64,000 nucleotides of DNA from the NCBI GenBank assembly GCA_044892505.1, contig CM097883.1, forward strand, positions 267,530,001 to 267,594,000, in the 5' to 3' direction. The stretch comes from Schmidtea nova. Taxonomy: Eukaryota. Positions 10,467-24,300 of this stretch are shown one piece after another. A model generated the notes under the pieces. That model had not been told where the DNA came from. It made no database searches and worked only from the letters and a program-made list of their open reading frames with translations. The number at the start of each line of letters is the position of its first letter. Within the stretch, counting starts at the first letter, position 1. Position numbers and translations under genes: made by a program.

Positions 10467-10681
10467 TGTGATAATTGATTATTATTTTTGTTTGAATAAT
10501 GTTAAAAACGTTATTGCCTTTTTATGGATTCTTAATAAAGTCATTCTTGTGCGTTCGACTTCAGTTTCTTATTAATTTGTTTTTATATTCATTTTGCTTT
10601 TGGTTGATATTTCAAAATAATCAAAATAAAATTATTAAAATGTGTTCTGACCTTACTCAAGAAGAATGACTTCCCAGTACA
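10467..10681 (+). repeat. Putative 3' LTR (TG...CA)
   Basis: Follows the PPT; contains AATAAA and an AAGTCATTCTT/AAGAATGACTT inverted pair. Right end inferred. Confidence 0.6.
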
Positions 10682-11608
10682 TTTTAATTAGTTTTAATTT
10701 TACTCGAATTCTGGGTTCAGAGATCGAGATTAAAAATCAAATGCAAAACGCTAATTTATTAGAGTTAAATAAAAGCAAATAATCCTGAATATAGATCACT
10801 TGATAGTTAAAAACTTTTCAAATTAAAAGTGAAATTTTCTTAACACTAGTAATACCAAAACGTCAAGATTACCAATTTTACATTTTTAAATTTATTAAAA
10901 TATTATGTTTTTTATAAGAATATATGATAACTTTTAATATGAAATTCAAGTAATTAAAAATGTATATAGGATAAACTCGGCTAACTTCGTGATATTAAGG
11001 AATTCTCTTAATATTTTAAAAGAAACCATAGATATCTGACAACTATGTATGTCCCGGTATATGATTCGTCTACTAATTTATCATTTCAAATTTTGAAATC
11101 TGTTTGTGAGTTCAAACTTATAAACGTTTAAACCAACCATGTTCTTTTTGTGTAACTTCTTGATGCTATTGCTAATCTTCCTGGAAGCCATTTGTTGGTT
11201 TTAAATTTTTAATAAATGTTTATTATGTTATTACAAACATATTTTTAATAAATTAAATGTCAATTTTTTCGTAGCATACTAGCATTTGTATTCAATACTT
11301 AAAAAGAATACATTATATTAACAAAAAAAAGTTATATTAAAAAGCAAAATTGTAAAGATTCTACACAAATTAATATCTATTATATATAAATGGAACCAGT
11401 CAGTCCCTCAGGCCGCGGAATAGTTTAATCTAATAGTTTGATGGATAAACATTTACATAAAACCGTATGTAAACCTCAAAGGTACATTTTTACTTTGATA
11501 TCACGAATTTAGCTGTGTCACGGAGAAAGCCGAGTTTGTATATATGTATATATATATATATATATATATTATCATAATTATCTTTTTTCACCTTTGATCT
11601 TTTTTTAT

Positions 11609-11796
11609 TATTATTATCAATAATTCTCATAATGACTATAGATCAAATTTTTTTTATAAACAATAACACAATATTTCGGCACAGCCTTTATCAAGTGTGT
11701 ATTTCTGAAATACACACTTGATAAAGGCTGTGCCGAAATATTGTGTTATTGTTTATAAAAAAAATTTGATCTATAGTCATTATGAGAATTATTGAT

Positions 11797-11803
<7 letters not shown>
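11609..11803. repeat. Perfect palindrome (97-bp arms, 1-nt spacer at 11706) of a dispersed family; adjoins (TA)n at ~11800-11880
   Basis: Arms ...GACTATAGATCAAA...GGCACAGCCTTTATCAAGTGTGTATTTC and its exact reverse complement. Confidence 0.92.
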
Positions 11804-11884
<81 letters not shown>

Positions 11885-11938
11885 TATATTATAGACACGA
11901 TAAAACATGGTATGCATTCAGCTTTGGTAGTTCTAGTG

Positions 11939-12194
11939 CAGCGGTCAGGGAACTTTTTAACCATTACCCCCAAAATATTTTTGCGTAAGTCGATATTATC
12001 CCCCCCATCCTGAAAAGAAAACAATCAATGTAAATTTTAAATAAACATTATTTATTAAATTAATTTACATTTACATATTTATAAAAAAAGTTACATGAAA
12101 TAGCAATTTAAATTTTAGAAAAATTTCCCTATTACCCAAAAAATTTTCATTTTTACCCCATTTGGGGTAATTTACCCCGGTTCCCCGACCGCTG
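11939..12194. mobile_element. hAT-type MITE
   Basis: 15-bp TIRs CAGCGGTC(A/G)GGGAAC and a perfect 8-bp TSD TTCTAGTG. Confidence 0.9.
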
Positions 12195-12344
12195 TTCTAG
12201 TGTTATAAAATATATTTTTTAAACTTTGTGAGTATAATTATTCAGTTTTTACTATCGTGTTTTACGTTCAAAGGAACACAATTTTTAAATGCAGTTTAAT
12301 AATATCTTTAAATGCATAACTAAATACAAAAAACAAATAGTTAC

Positions 12345-15300
12345 GCAGTTGAGTTTTGAAGGCCGTATGCATCTTTTGATTCTGAACTCGATGAATATGC
12401 CGCAAAACATTGCTTTATTTCACCTTGAAAATCAGAGGGAATTGAACAACTATCATTTCGAACACGAACCTGTTTCAGTCTTGGTAAGCCAATCAACCGA
12501 TTTTCGTAATGAAGAAAATTAATTTGATCACTAGTAAAATTAGCACTGTTATACCAAGTTGTCCAATAGAGACCATTTAATAATGGACCTGTAAGAAACT
12601 AAAAATACATAGTTAATCTCATTCAATTAGCATAACTTTTCAATTTTAACTATTCAAAAAATGTTAAATTCTTATCCCAAAAGTTATAAACGAGTCAGCT
12701 TATTTAAATAGAAAATTTATTATCTTTGATCTGTTATACTCATCAAGATTCTTATCAGTAACCGCATTCCATAATTAAATGCAAGGTAAAATAATAATGA
12801 GAAATTATTCATGTAATTAATGGAAGTAGAATCGTGAATTTGAGTAACTGTTGGCGATCGTGTATTAGTTTGCTATAAACAAAGAAAAGAAAACAGACCA
12901 TAGTTGTATGCAAAAAATACAACTTAAAGCGTCATTACCTTTCAATGCATGGAAAAAAATATTATGCATGTGTTAGATACATAAAGAACAGTCAACACAT
13001 TCGAAATTAATGATGACTACAGAATAATAAGGAAAAAAATAGAATAAATGTATATGTGGATGGCAATCAAGATCAAACAATGGATCGAATGACAATTAAT
13101 TTTTGACAATATAATTAAGATAATTTATCAATTTACAATTTATGATCTCGCGAACATTTACTCCATTTTTTTTATTTTACGGCGATGGACGCAATTAATG
13201 TTAAAATTTTATGTGATTTTAAAATAAATATTTTATTTAGAAAATATTTTATGTAAATTAATTTTTTAAACTATTTGGAAAATATTTTATATTTGGATTT
13301 CTATTTTAATTCAATAAAATAAATTATAACAATAATAATAAAAATAAAATAAATAAATAATACTGATTGTTTAAATAAATTATTTTCATGACCTACAAAG
13401 GTCAGTAAAATGAAATAATTCCAAGGTTAAAAAACAATTCTGTTTTGAAAACTATTTCAATCAACTCAAGTAGCAAAATCACAATCATTATTGGCAGATT
13501 AAGTGCCTTAAAATTATTATATAAACTAACTGATTTTTCAGTCAAATCACCCCTAAAATCTTGTAATCTAAGAAAAGTTACAAATTCAGTAAACGACATC
13601 TGTAACACAAAAATAGAGCATACAAAATTAGTAAACCGCTTACATTTACACATTACGAATATACATATATATATATATATTGTTAAAGGTTGCATTTTAA
13701 TAAAAGTTTATTTTTATAAAATTGTAAAATATTGTAAGAGATAAATAAAACCTAATAAACAGTATATGTGTTTTTATTTATATACGAACCATCAAGTTGA
13801 AATTCTCGGAATCTCAACACATGTGCAGGTAACAAAAGAATTAAATAAATAACAAATTTTTAAAAATTTATTAAACAAATTTATTTTTAACTATATTTAA
13901 AATTTGTTTCAAAATAATCAAAGCAAAATAAGAAAAAAACATTAAATTTAAGGAAAACAAGAAAGATATTTCTTAAAGGAAACATCTGTTTTTCATTTAA
14001 AATATCGTTTCCTGAATCCATAATGATACTAATTATTCTTCCAAAAGCATAAAAAGAAAGCACATCTTGAATGGTGACATATATTGCTGGAACATTAAAA
14101 GTTTCAAACGTGTTTTGAGTCAAGTTTTCTCTGTGGGGATTTTGATTGATTGGAGCTTCAGTCAACAACAATGTGTCATAATAAAAATCTCGTATTAATG
14201 ACTAACAAAGACATCGAGTAATACATTTTGCAATAGACCTACTTTGTTATTAATTGTAAATTAATGTTTTTTTCATATAAATATTTTTTCAAATAAATAA
14301 TTTACACGGTAAATTTTGAAAATGATCATGTTTTTATCACAAAATATAACATTTATTTTATTTTGACACTTCAAAAATTAAAGAATTCAATTCATTGAAA
14401 ATGCAATATACATGCAGCGTAGATATGACATTAAATATTTTGATTAAATAAAATTTGTTTCTTCAAAGCATGGTATGTCCAAGAGGGAATAAAATGATAA
14501 AATTCGGACAAGGGTGGGAAGGTGTACAGATGTTCTTTTTATGGAAGATGTCTTTAATGGAAGCTTTCAAATAAGGTTTTAATTTGTAACATTTTCTTTA
14601 CAATTCTCATTAAGCAAATATATATAAATTTTTACTTTCCAAAAGTCACCTTCAGTTGTTGAACTTGAAAATGATCCCGAATTATCATTAAAATTAGAAG
14701 TGGTAAATAACCCACTTAATAGATTTGTAAACCAAAATGCTTGAACTGTAGTCATGCCAAATGAAACTAAAAGATAACTTTATAAAATTACAATTATATT
14801 AATAGGGATATTGTAACATCAATAGGTCCAAACGGACTAATCCAAAAATTCAGAATTTATATTTATATATTTATTTATTTATATAAACAGGCACAAAATA
14901 AAATTAACAGGTAACTGAATGTAAATTAGTAAAAAAAATAAATCTAAAAAGTAACAAATAAAGTTCTAAATTAATTAAAAAATTGAAAAAAAATTAAAAA
15001 TTAAGATTTTGCAACGTGAACATTATTAGTATTTTCTACAAAACTAGTTGGTGTGCAAATTCATGATTACTCATGAATTTTCACTGTATTAAGTAAGAAA
15101 TTTACTTAAATTTATCATTTAAATATGACTTTTTTTAGTAATTTAACATCATTATAAAGGATTTATATTCGCATAAAGTAAGAAACTAAAGTAAAATTTA
15201 ATATCTTATTTCATTAATAACACTAATCTCCAAAGATATATATTTTTTGCAGCATTTTGGAAAAAAGCGATGGATAAGCTTGAATTGTGAATATACCGAG

Positions 15301-18300
15301 AATATACTATTGATGAATATACTATTGACAATTTCTTGAACTTTAATATTATAAAATTCTTTACGTAGAATAAAAATTAAATTAATTAAAAAAATTTAAA
15401 TCTTAATTAATTCACTTTTTAAATTTGGAGGTAGATGCGTGTAGCCTGGAACAAAGACATTATGACTCATTTTATGGGCGGAAAAAGAACCCTCCCCCGG
15501 GAATTTTTTTATGACTCATCTTTTTTAAAATTTTTTAAATCTTTTCTTTTAACCTTTTTTTTGAAAAATTTACTAATTTTTTGAAAATTTATTTTGATTT
15601 ATTTTTAATCTTTTTTTATTATCTTTTATTTTTGAAATTATTTCTCTTTAAAATTTTTTTAAAATTTTTTAGTCTTTAATTTTCGAATAATTTTCTGTTT
15701 TTAAAATTTTTTTTATTTTACCAAACGATTGCTCATCGATGACTCATCAAAAACTTTTATGACTCATCGAAAAATAAGCATTTTTGAACTTTCTCAATTT
15801 TGATTATTTTGAATTATTTTGAGGTTTTTATGACTCATCGATGACTTAGCTATTTTTAAAAAATTTTTAAAAATAAAAAAAGTTAAACTGATGACTCATC
15901 GATGACTCATCGATGACTCATTTCAAATTTAAATAAATTTTTAAATATTTTAAAAGTACAAGTATCAAGGTCAAATTTGGTATCGTTCTCAAGGCATTTG
16001 CCAGACTCACACGGTGGTATTATTTTTGAAGTTGTCTGATCGAAAAAATAAAATTTTGTACCAAAAATTAAAAATTTTAAAAATTTAAAGTACCAAGGCC
16101 AAATTTGGTATCATTCGAACCGCCTTCGCTATATGAACACGATGCTATGTAATTTCATACCCTTTTTTAAACAACGACATAGGCAGCAAAGACATTTCAA
16201 TGCCAAAAACCTTAACAAAGACATTACAATCCATGAGCAATACTAACAAAGACATTGCAATGCAGAAGGCAAGTTAACAAAGACATTGCNNNNNNNNNNN
16301 NNNNNNNNNNNNNNNNNNNNNNNNNNNNNNNNNNNNNNNNNNNNNNNNNNNNNNNNNNNNNNNNNNNNNNNNNNNNNNNNNNNNNNNNNNNNNNNNNNNN
16401 NNNNNNNNNNNNNNNNNNNNNNNNNNNNNNNNNNNNNNNNNNNNNNNNNNNNNNNNNNNNNNNNNNNNNNNNNNNNNNNNNNNNNNNNNNNNNNNNNNNN
16501 NNTTGTGGCAAGCGTTGCCGTTAAGATAAATCGTGCACTCCACCAGAATGTTGAATCAGAAAAGCTTGATATTCTGTCATCGTTGCTTGTCAAATGATTT
16601 CTATAAGCTAAGGATTTAATGGTCCAATTTTTGATATTCTTTTGCATATTTCGATTTGACTGATATTCAAAACTCTCGGTTGAACCCATTTTACCATCGA
16701 TTTCTCATTGACTTTATCAATTCCACCTCTAATCAACTCTTTCGGCACGGCTTTCATAATAATCAATTCGATCTGATCGATCGGCACTCGAGTAACGAAA
16801 TTGTAGATCTTTCTTCTCAACAGCGCATTGATACACAACTTTACAGTCCACATTTCTTTTTCTTCTTAAGGGACTGAATTCAACTGTTCTTCACTCATAC
16901 AACCAAGATATTTTAATAATTGTTGATAGAAACTGCTATAATCGGCAATTTCAGCGAAATATGTGCTGGACAATTTGTAAAAAGGAGCATGAAAACTAAA
17001 AACGTCGTCTAATTCATTAGGCAGATTTTCGGCTTTTTCAATCATTTCACGAGAGGGCAAATTTTTCAATGAATTCAGGTTAATTAATCCTGTTTCCGTT
17101 AACAACAACACAGTCGATTCTTTGGCATTAATTTCAGCCAATTTTGATATAACTTTGTTGATAAATTCAGTTGAAACGTTTAATAAGAATTTCATGGCAA
17201 ATTTAAAATTCCGAAATAAAATCTTTATTAGATTCAAAATACCTCCAAATTTCACAAAAATCGAAACTAATTAATTATAATGATTCGGACAAACAACGAA
17301 AATCAAATTGTCAAATAGTTCCAAATAAAAGAAAGCAGCCAAAATCAATTCTTATCACAAAATTCCAAAGAACTCGCACACAGAGGCGAGTATTTTTACC
17401 AAGGCACACACACGAATAAATTCAAAAAAACACACACAAAACCAATCCAAATTCACACAGCGCACACCACATGCCATTTGGTGAACGACATTTCACCACC
17501 TTGAAACAAGAGTGTGCATTGAGGAATGCGAAGATTATCAAAAATAAAAACGAAATTTCTGAAACGAAACGAAAAGTTGATAATTTGAAACAAAATCTAA
17601 GTGGAACGGAAATTNNNNNNNNNNNNNNNNNNNNNNNNNNNNNNNNNNNNNNNNNNNNNNNNNNNNNNNNNNNNNNNNNNNNNNNNNNNNNNNNNNNNNN
17701 NNNNNNNNNNNNNNNNNNNNNNNNNNNNNNNNNNNNNNNNNNNNNNNNNNNNNNNNNNNNNNNNNNNNATTTAGTTGTATATTAAAATCAAATAATTAAT
17801 ATATAAAAATAAATAAATAAAGTTATAAATAAAATAAAACGAAAAATTCAAACAGTAAAACAAATCACAATTTAAAATTCGTGCAAAAATTTAAAAGAAA
17901 AACACATTTCAAAAATCCCACCAAAATATGCATGCGCAATAACTGAAATGGATCCAGATAACAAAACACGTTTCAAAAATTCCACAAAACAAATGTGCGG
18001 TAACTCATACGGATCCAGACCGCTCATAGATACCTACTCAGATGCGTTTCCAGTTTGGAGGCGTTACGGGCAATGGGAATCCTTTTGCGAGCTCGTCTAC
18101 CAAGTACGTCCCACAGAAACTCAATAGAATTCAGATCAGAGATTTGTGAAACCCAATCCAAAACGTTGGTGCTGCGCTGAGCTCCTCAAATTCTTGGGAG
18201 AAAGGGAACAATCTCATTTTCCAGAATGGCACGGTATTCCACTGATGTAATGTTATTGCTGCACTTCACTAGAGGGCTAGTTCCACGAGCTGAGAAAAGA

Positions 18301-21300
18301 CACCAAAACATGATGAAGCCTCTGCCATATTTCACAGTTGGCTGAATGCAGTCAGGGTGAAATCGTTCACCAACACGACGCCAGCGGAATTTCTGTCCAT
18401 CAGATTTGAAAAGAGTGAAACGTGATTCATCACTCCAAATGACTAAGCGCCATTGTTCTGCTGTCCAACTCCTTCTCTCTCTGACACCACTTCAAGTGAC
18501 GACGGCGAATTGCACCTGTAATCAAAGGCTTTCTTGAGCAAAATCTGTCATAGAAACCATGAAAATGTAATGCGTGACGAATGGTGGATATGCTGGCATG
18601 CACAGGGCCAGTGTTAAATGTGGACACTTATTTGGACAGGTGGAACTGACGATGAGTCACCACAAGTCGTTTCAGCTGCCGTTTTGTACGGATGCTTATA
18701 AGTTTAGGGCGGCCTGAACGTTGCTTGTTGACATGTGTCTGCTCCTGGCGGTACTTCCTCAAGAAGTAGTTAATAGTTCCTTTGAGATGGCCAGTCAATG
18801 CAGCAGTTTCACTCTGACTTTTCTACAAAGATAACATCCGTAAATAAAGTCTTTCTGAAAGTCTGCAAGTTCTCTCCGAGTAGCCATATTCTAAGAAAAT
18901 TACAATCCTTCATTAACATGACTCACTGTTATCATTGTTGTGTGTCTGGTGTGAGTAGTCATATTCTGCTTGTGTACATGTGCGCATGCAGCCTGTTGAA
19001 AGTGTTGGTGACCTTTGTTCCCATTGCTGTTCATATTTGCACTGCAGACATTCATTATAAACTTCAATATGTAAATAACTGCCTGACTGGAGAATTTTGG
19101 TAGGCCGGGGTATGTTAATATGGCTAGCATTTTTTAAAATATAATGATAGGATATAGAACTAGGTTGTTCTAAGGTGCCAAGGCACCCTTTAGTCAATTT
19201 TTCACTTTTGGCAGTTTCATTCTTTAGTATTAAATAATTGAAAAAAAATAAATGTTTTTTTTAAAGTTGTTAACTTTTAACTTACAATTTTATTCAACTT
19301 ATTATGATTGGCCTAAAGAATTTCATTGTACACAATGTTTCGTGTGAATACACGATCGTCACCTAACAAATGTCCATCTTCAATCTTGATTTTGACATTT
19401 TCTGCGTTTCTTGATCTTGATCCTGTATATTCAAGATCAATATGGTCATAAACTCTCTTCAAAAAATCCCCAAAAAGAAAAAATGTGGAAAACATTGAAT
19501 AAAAAAAAGTAATCGTAGTAAACTTTGAGCGTTCCGGAATCACGGATAAATAAATAAACAGATAATGTTGGGTAAATATTATACATATAAATATTAGATA
19601 AAATGTCATATAGTTTTGAAAAAGCCCATAATTTATTTATTTTTGATTATTATTAATCAATTATTTTTAATTAAGATTTGATGTAAAAATAATTATTGAC
19701 TTACTTATAACCAAAACTGCCAAGAAAACTATATATATCACCAACTCACGAAGTGTGGTTTTTATATAAAGCTGTCTATCAATCTTTGTATCCTCCGTGT
19801 GTCTCGTTGCCCAAATAGCTAATTATATTCTCAATTAAATATATTTTAAAAATGTTATAATAAAATATTTGTTTAATTAATTATTATTTTCCAAATTAAT
19901 ACGGAAATAACCCTCGGGAAAACTAGTTGAACAATCACCGGATAATATCTGGATGTGTAAATATAACAATGTCTAATGCAGTGTTTCTCAACTTTTTTTG
20001 TCTGTCTTCCTATCAATTTTGTAAAATGTCATTCCTGCCCTGTACCAAGAGCATAAAAAAACTCAAAAAAATTGATTTTTTTAATTTGGACCTTCGTGTT
20101 AGTAGTCTCAAATAATATACTAATTACTACTATTTAAAATAACAAAATAACTTTAAAATAAATATTAAGAGTAATGTAATTATTTTAGAAAAATATTAGT
20201 GTATTGTTGGGGTTAATATTAAAATCAGAAAAGTAAAAAGAAATAATAGTAAAAGCAAAAGAAAATATCAAAATAAATAAAAGTGCAAAAATAAATTAAA
20301 ATTTATCAAATATTTAAAATTAATATTCATCGGGGAAAATGGGTATGGTTGAATGCCAAATCAAAAGATGAATTCAATCATAACAATATAAAGTTAGTGA
20401 AAGGGCCCCCAGAGAAAGTTATATCGTAATAACAAATTAATTAAAACTAATTAATTGCTCAATGGGAAGTCCGAGGTAATGGGAAAGCCGAGACAATAGG
20501 AAACCTGAGCAATGATGAAAACCCAAGCGCAGTATAGAGACCCGGGAGATCAAAGGCGGGAGATTGGGTACAACAATCAAGGGAAGATCCACCCGAGTGC
20601 AAATATGATAATTTGTTGATGGGCCAATTAAGCCAGAGATTGGGTAACTTTTCGGTTTTGATTAAATTTAATTGCCATTTGAGAAATGTATAAAAGGCAG
20701 TGCAAAAGAAAAGGACAGAGAAAGATTAACTGAGAGAAATTTAAAAAATTTGGCCAGTTGAAGAACACAAGAAAACAAAAATTATTTTTTGTCAGCTCGG
20801 CCAATAAGAATTGTGAAAGTGAAAACATAATTGTAGAATCATGAAAAGACAGTAGACGAAGTGAGAAAATATTTTAACCCAGATATTACAATTTTTTTTT
20901 CTTTCTTTTTTCTTTTAAAGTACTTGTTTTAACTAATTATAATAAATTTTAAAAACACACTTCAAACAAAACCAACTAAAATAACGGTTAGTTACGGTAA
21001 TTACACTAGCACCATCTATCCACATTAGTTAGAATTAAGATAAAGTAGAGATCTGTCCAGCGTCCTTTTAAAAGGACACTAGTAATATCTGAGTTAACAG
21101 TTATTCGAAATTAAGTATAAGAAAGAGCCAATACCCTTTGGGTTTTAAGTCCTAACATAAGAATCAAATCCGAAAAAGAGAGTAAGTGAAATTGTTGAAA
21201 GTGTAAATTGTATTGATTAAAACAAGTTGAGATAAAAGACAAATTGTATTTGTGGTGATAATCAAATAAATAGTTCTGTTTTGTGTTGTGTTTCAGTGAT

Positions 21301-24300
21301 TTTCGATAATTAAAGGACACGACGAGTCAGGTCTTTGAACCGATCTTAAACAAAAGTAAAATAACTCAACAGTATTATTATTAACCTTCTGTGCAGTTAA
21401 CATGAGCCTGACTCTTGTAAACTTAAATTTGCTCTGTGAAACAATCAGGTGTCTGACTCGTATAATTTTTATGTCTATTTTTATTTTTTACTGTAGTATT
21501 TAACAAATAAAATTCTTTATTTTGCTGTTATGTAAATTTTTTTAAATAATCATTTCAGACACATAATTTACTTAAATAAGTAAAACTATAAGGTGTTAAA
21601 TCAAAATATTTGAATTTTAAATTATTTATCAAATTTATAAATGATTTAATACTTGATATATAAATTCATTTACAAAGTTAAAAATCCTTTCTCATATATA
21701 AATCTGGTCTAATGGTTTTAGCAGTGTTTGTGAAAACATTAAAGATATTGTTGGGGTGCGTTTTCTTAAAAACAATAACAAATTTAAGACGATATAAACT
21801 TTTTGCTGATAAAAACAATTGCAATCTAGTCTCTGCTTTACCAACTACAACTAAAAAATTCATTAGATAATTTAGAGTGAAATAAAATATTAATATTTGA
21901 TGAGGACTGGAGAATGAGTTTTCAGGTTCCGGTGTATGATTATAAAATCTCTGTGATAAATTTCGGATAGGATCGAGCTTATTACATGGTACTGACGAGA
22001 GTCAAATATTATTGAAACTAGTCTTGCTTAGAAATAGTATAGAATATCACATTAAAACTTTACTTTAATAATTTAATTTTGATTTAAAAATCGTGACAAA
22101 TTATTATTAAATAAATTACAACTAATAACTTGTTTTATGTGTTCCAATAATATACTTTTTAGGATTAATATGGTTTATCCAGATATTATTGTTGGGCTAA
22201 AATCACAAATTGTTTTAATAAAACGATAACCCCATAGGTAGAGAGCGCGCAAGATTCAGTTTTAACCCAAATATCCATTAAAATCCAACTGATTAAGTGG
22301 AAAACAACAAAAGGTGAAGTGGACTCACAACACATCAACCAGTAGAGAACGCGCTAGCTGTGAGTCTGAAAGTCCTTATATTGAAACCTCGAGAAAAATC
22401 AAATGCCATCAAAAGAAGAACGTTTAAAAGTTAGAATAGGCGGAAAACCCATTGAAAATACCCATAAAGAACGGAATTGTGTTATAAAACCTTCATGCAG
22501 AAAAAATTAACAGAATTTTAGCCGAAAATTGTGATTTTAGCAAAATATTTCACATTAACAATAAAAAGAATTAATATTTATTGAAATATCGTAAATTAAA
22601 TTAAATCGAACAAATTTCGATTCAAAAACAAAAATTTGGAATTAAAATAAATTATTTGTGTTTTGTAAAAAATTATTACACAAAAATATGAATTTAATTT
22701 TCGGAAAATCATTAGAATTAAATTAGAAAAATTAAAAGGAAAATTCTAGAATAATTTGTTTTATTACACTGGTGAAGGTGACAAAAATCGATGGTATATA
22801 TATCGCCATCAAAATGGCAGAAATCAGAATTTGTGAATAATTTTCTGTTTAAGAATTTTTTGCAGAATTGTTTTTGAGAATCTAGTAAAAATTTTTGTTT
22901 GTGAAAAAAAAGAAGAATTCGGTAAGAAACATTCTTTTGTTCGGTGCGGGGTCACTGAACAGCATGCCCTTTCAGTTACCCCGTACCTGGTATTTTTTTA
23001 TTATTTGTAAATTTTATTGCCTATATGTATCATAATCAATTTTAATTATTATATATTTAATGAAAGTTATTTTGTTTTTTATTATTTTGATTTTAATCTC
23101 GTCATAGGTTCCCATGATTCACGGAAATTCGTTTTAATATTTATTACACAAAAATAAAATTAATTAAATTTTTTTTTTGCTTCCGTACCCCCTGAAGCCT
23201 GTGTCTGGCCTTGCGCCGATCGGGTGGAAGTAGCCTGAGCGGATCGCTGGTTCGATACGTAAATTGATCAGCCCATATTTCCGAGTCCAGGTGAATAGCC
23301 TAACCATCCATGATCACTTCATCCCAACTGGGGAACAGTGGCTTGGCCAAAGGCAAGGTGTTATATTAATGATATTTAATTTATAATAAATGTAGTTTAT
23401 TTGAATTTATAATTTTCGACATATTTATCAATTAAAAATTAATACCACATGTAAACGTAAAGACGAATCTCTCCAGCAATGTCTTTTCCATTAGGAAAAA
23501 TAATTGTACAAGAACATTTTACCCGTCGTCGCCTTCACTCTCGCCACAACCGTCATCTTATCCGAAAACGCAAGTCAATGGAAGCTAATGTTGGAAAAAG
23601 AATCATACGAAATAATGCTAAAAACTGATATAATGATCATGAAATGAAATGAATTTAGGACAAGTATTGATTGATCTGAAGTAAAACTCATTCATTATAT
23701 AAATAAATTTTCTCTGGTGAATCTTGTTTTCGGGAGCCTGAAGTTCCTAAGTGAAGTGTCCCGAAAAATTCGCGCGCACTTTGGTTGGGAAATTCATGCT
23801 CGGACGAAACCGAAATTTACTTTACTTGATGTTAAAAATATTCGTTGAAAAATTTATAACTTATTTTATTTTTATTTTTATTTAGCATATAAAAACCTTT
23901 TAGATTAAATGCTTATTTGGATTTCTAAATTGATGGATAAAAATTTATTATTATGTGGATTTCGTTTTGATCAAAAAATAAAAATTTGCTTTTTATTATA
24001 TTGAAAAAATTTTTTATAATGAAAAATTGTAAACCAAAAATTTTCCTAATATTGTTATGATATAAAAGATTTCGACATTTTATAAAATTCCTAAGAGTTT
24101 ATAAATCAAAACTTATATTGCAACCCATAAAAATTTTAAATCGAAAATATCATTATTATATTGAAAATTTTATCATTTTATAAAATCCAAAATTTCGAAA
24201 TTTTATAGAAAGAATTTTTACTATTAATATATATATATATATACTTAAAATATAAAAATTAGAATATAAAAATGTATGTGATAAAAATTAGAAATTTTAT

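Larger units (their letters stand above)
7600..10681 (+). mobile_element. 5'-truncated divergent Ty3/gypsy element (gag knuckle, PR, RT, RNase H, IN, PPT, 3' LTR) with nonsense mutations
   Basis: CWICGDKAHLARSC (7625), ALIDSG followed by a TAG, YIDDI, CDAS, H..HFG..C..C, integrase core with stops, PPT GGGGGAA then TG at 10467. Confidence 0.9.

Noticed and set aside
11746-12024. ORFs with IYIYIY runs
   Set aside because: Translation of a (TA)n microsatellite.
13402-13600. Exon-like stretch MSFTEFVTFLRLQDFRGDL after a good acceptor
   Set aside because: No recognisable family, and it does not fit the PKD2 exon series.
16185-16502. Regularly spaced AACAAAGACATT repeats as a CRISPR-like array
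   Set aside because: Eukaryotic context, degenerate repeats, related spacers and no cas genes; an ordinary minisatellite.
19313-19609. Minus-strand ORF (FLKRVYDHIDLEY...)
   Set aside because: Coding-like but not assignable; no supporting splice structure.
22760-22790. Possible LTR end plus PBS (TTACA-C-TGGTGAAGG)
   Set aside because: No matching second LTR, TSD or gag/pol found.
23231-23258. A-box/B-box-like motifs (TAGCCTGAGCGG, GGTTCGATAC) suggesting a tRNA or SINE
   Set aside because: Boxes are only ~6 nt apart and no cloverleaf forms; at most a decayed SINE head.
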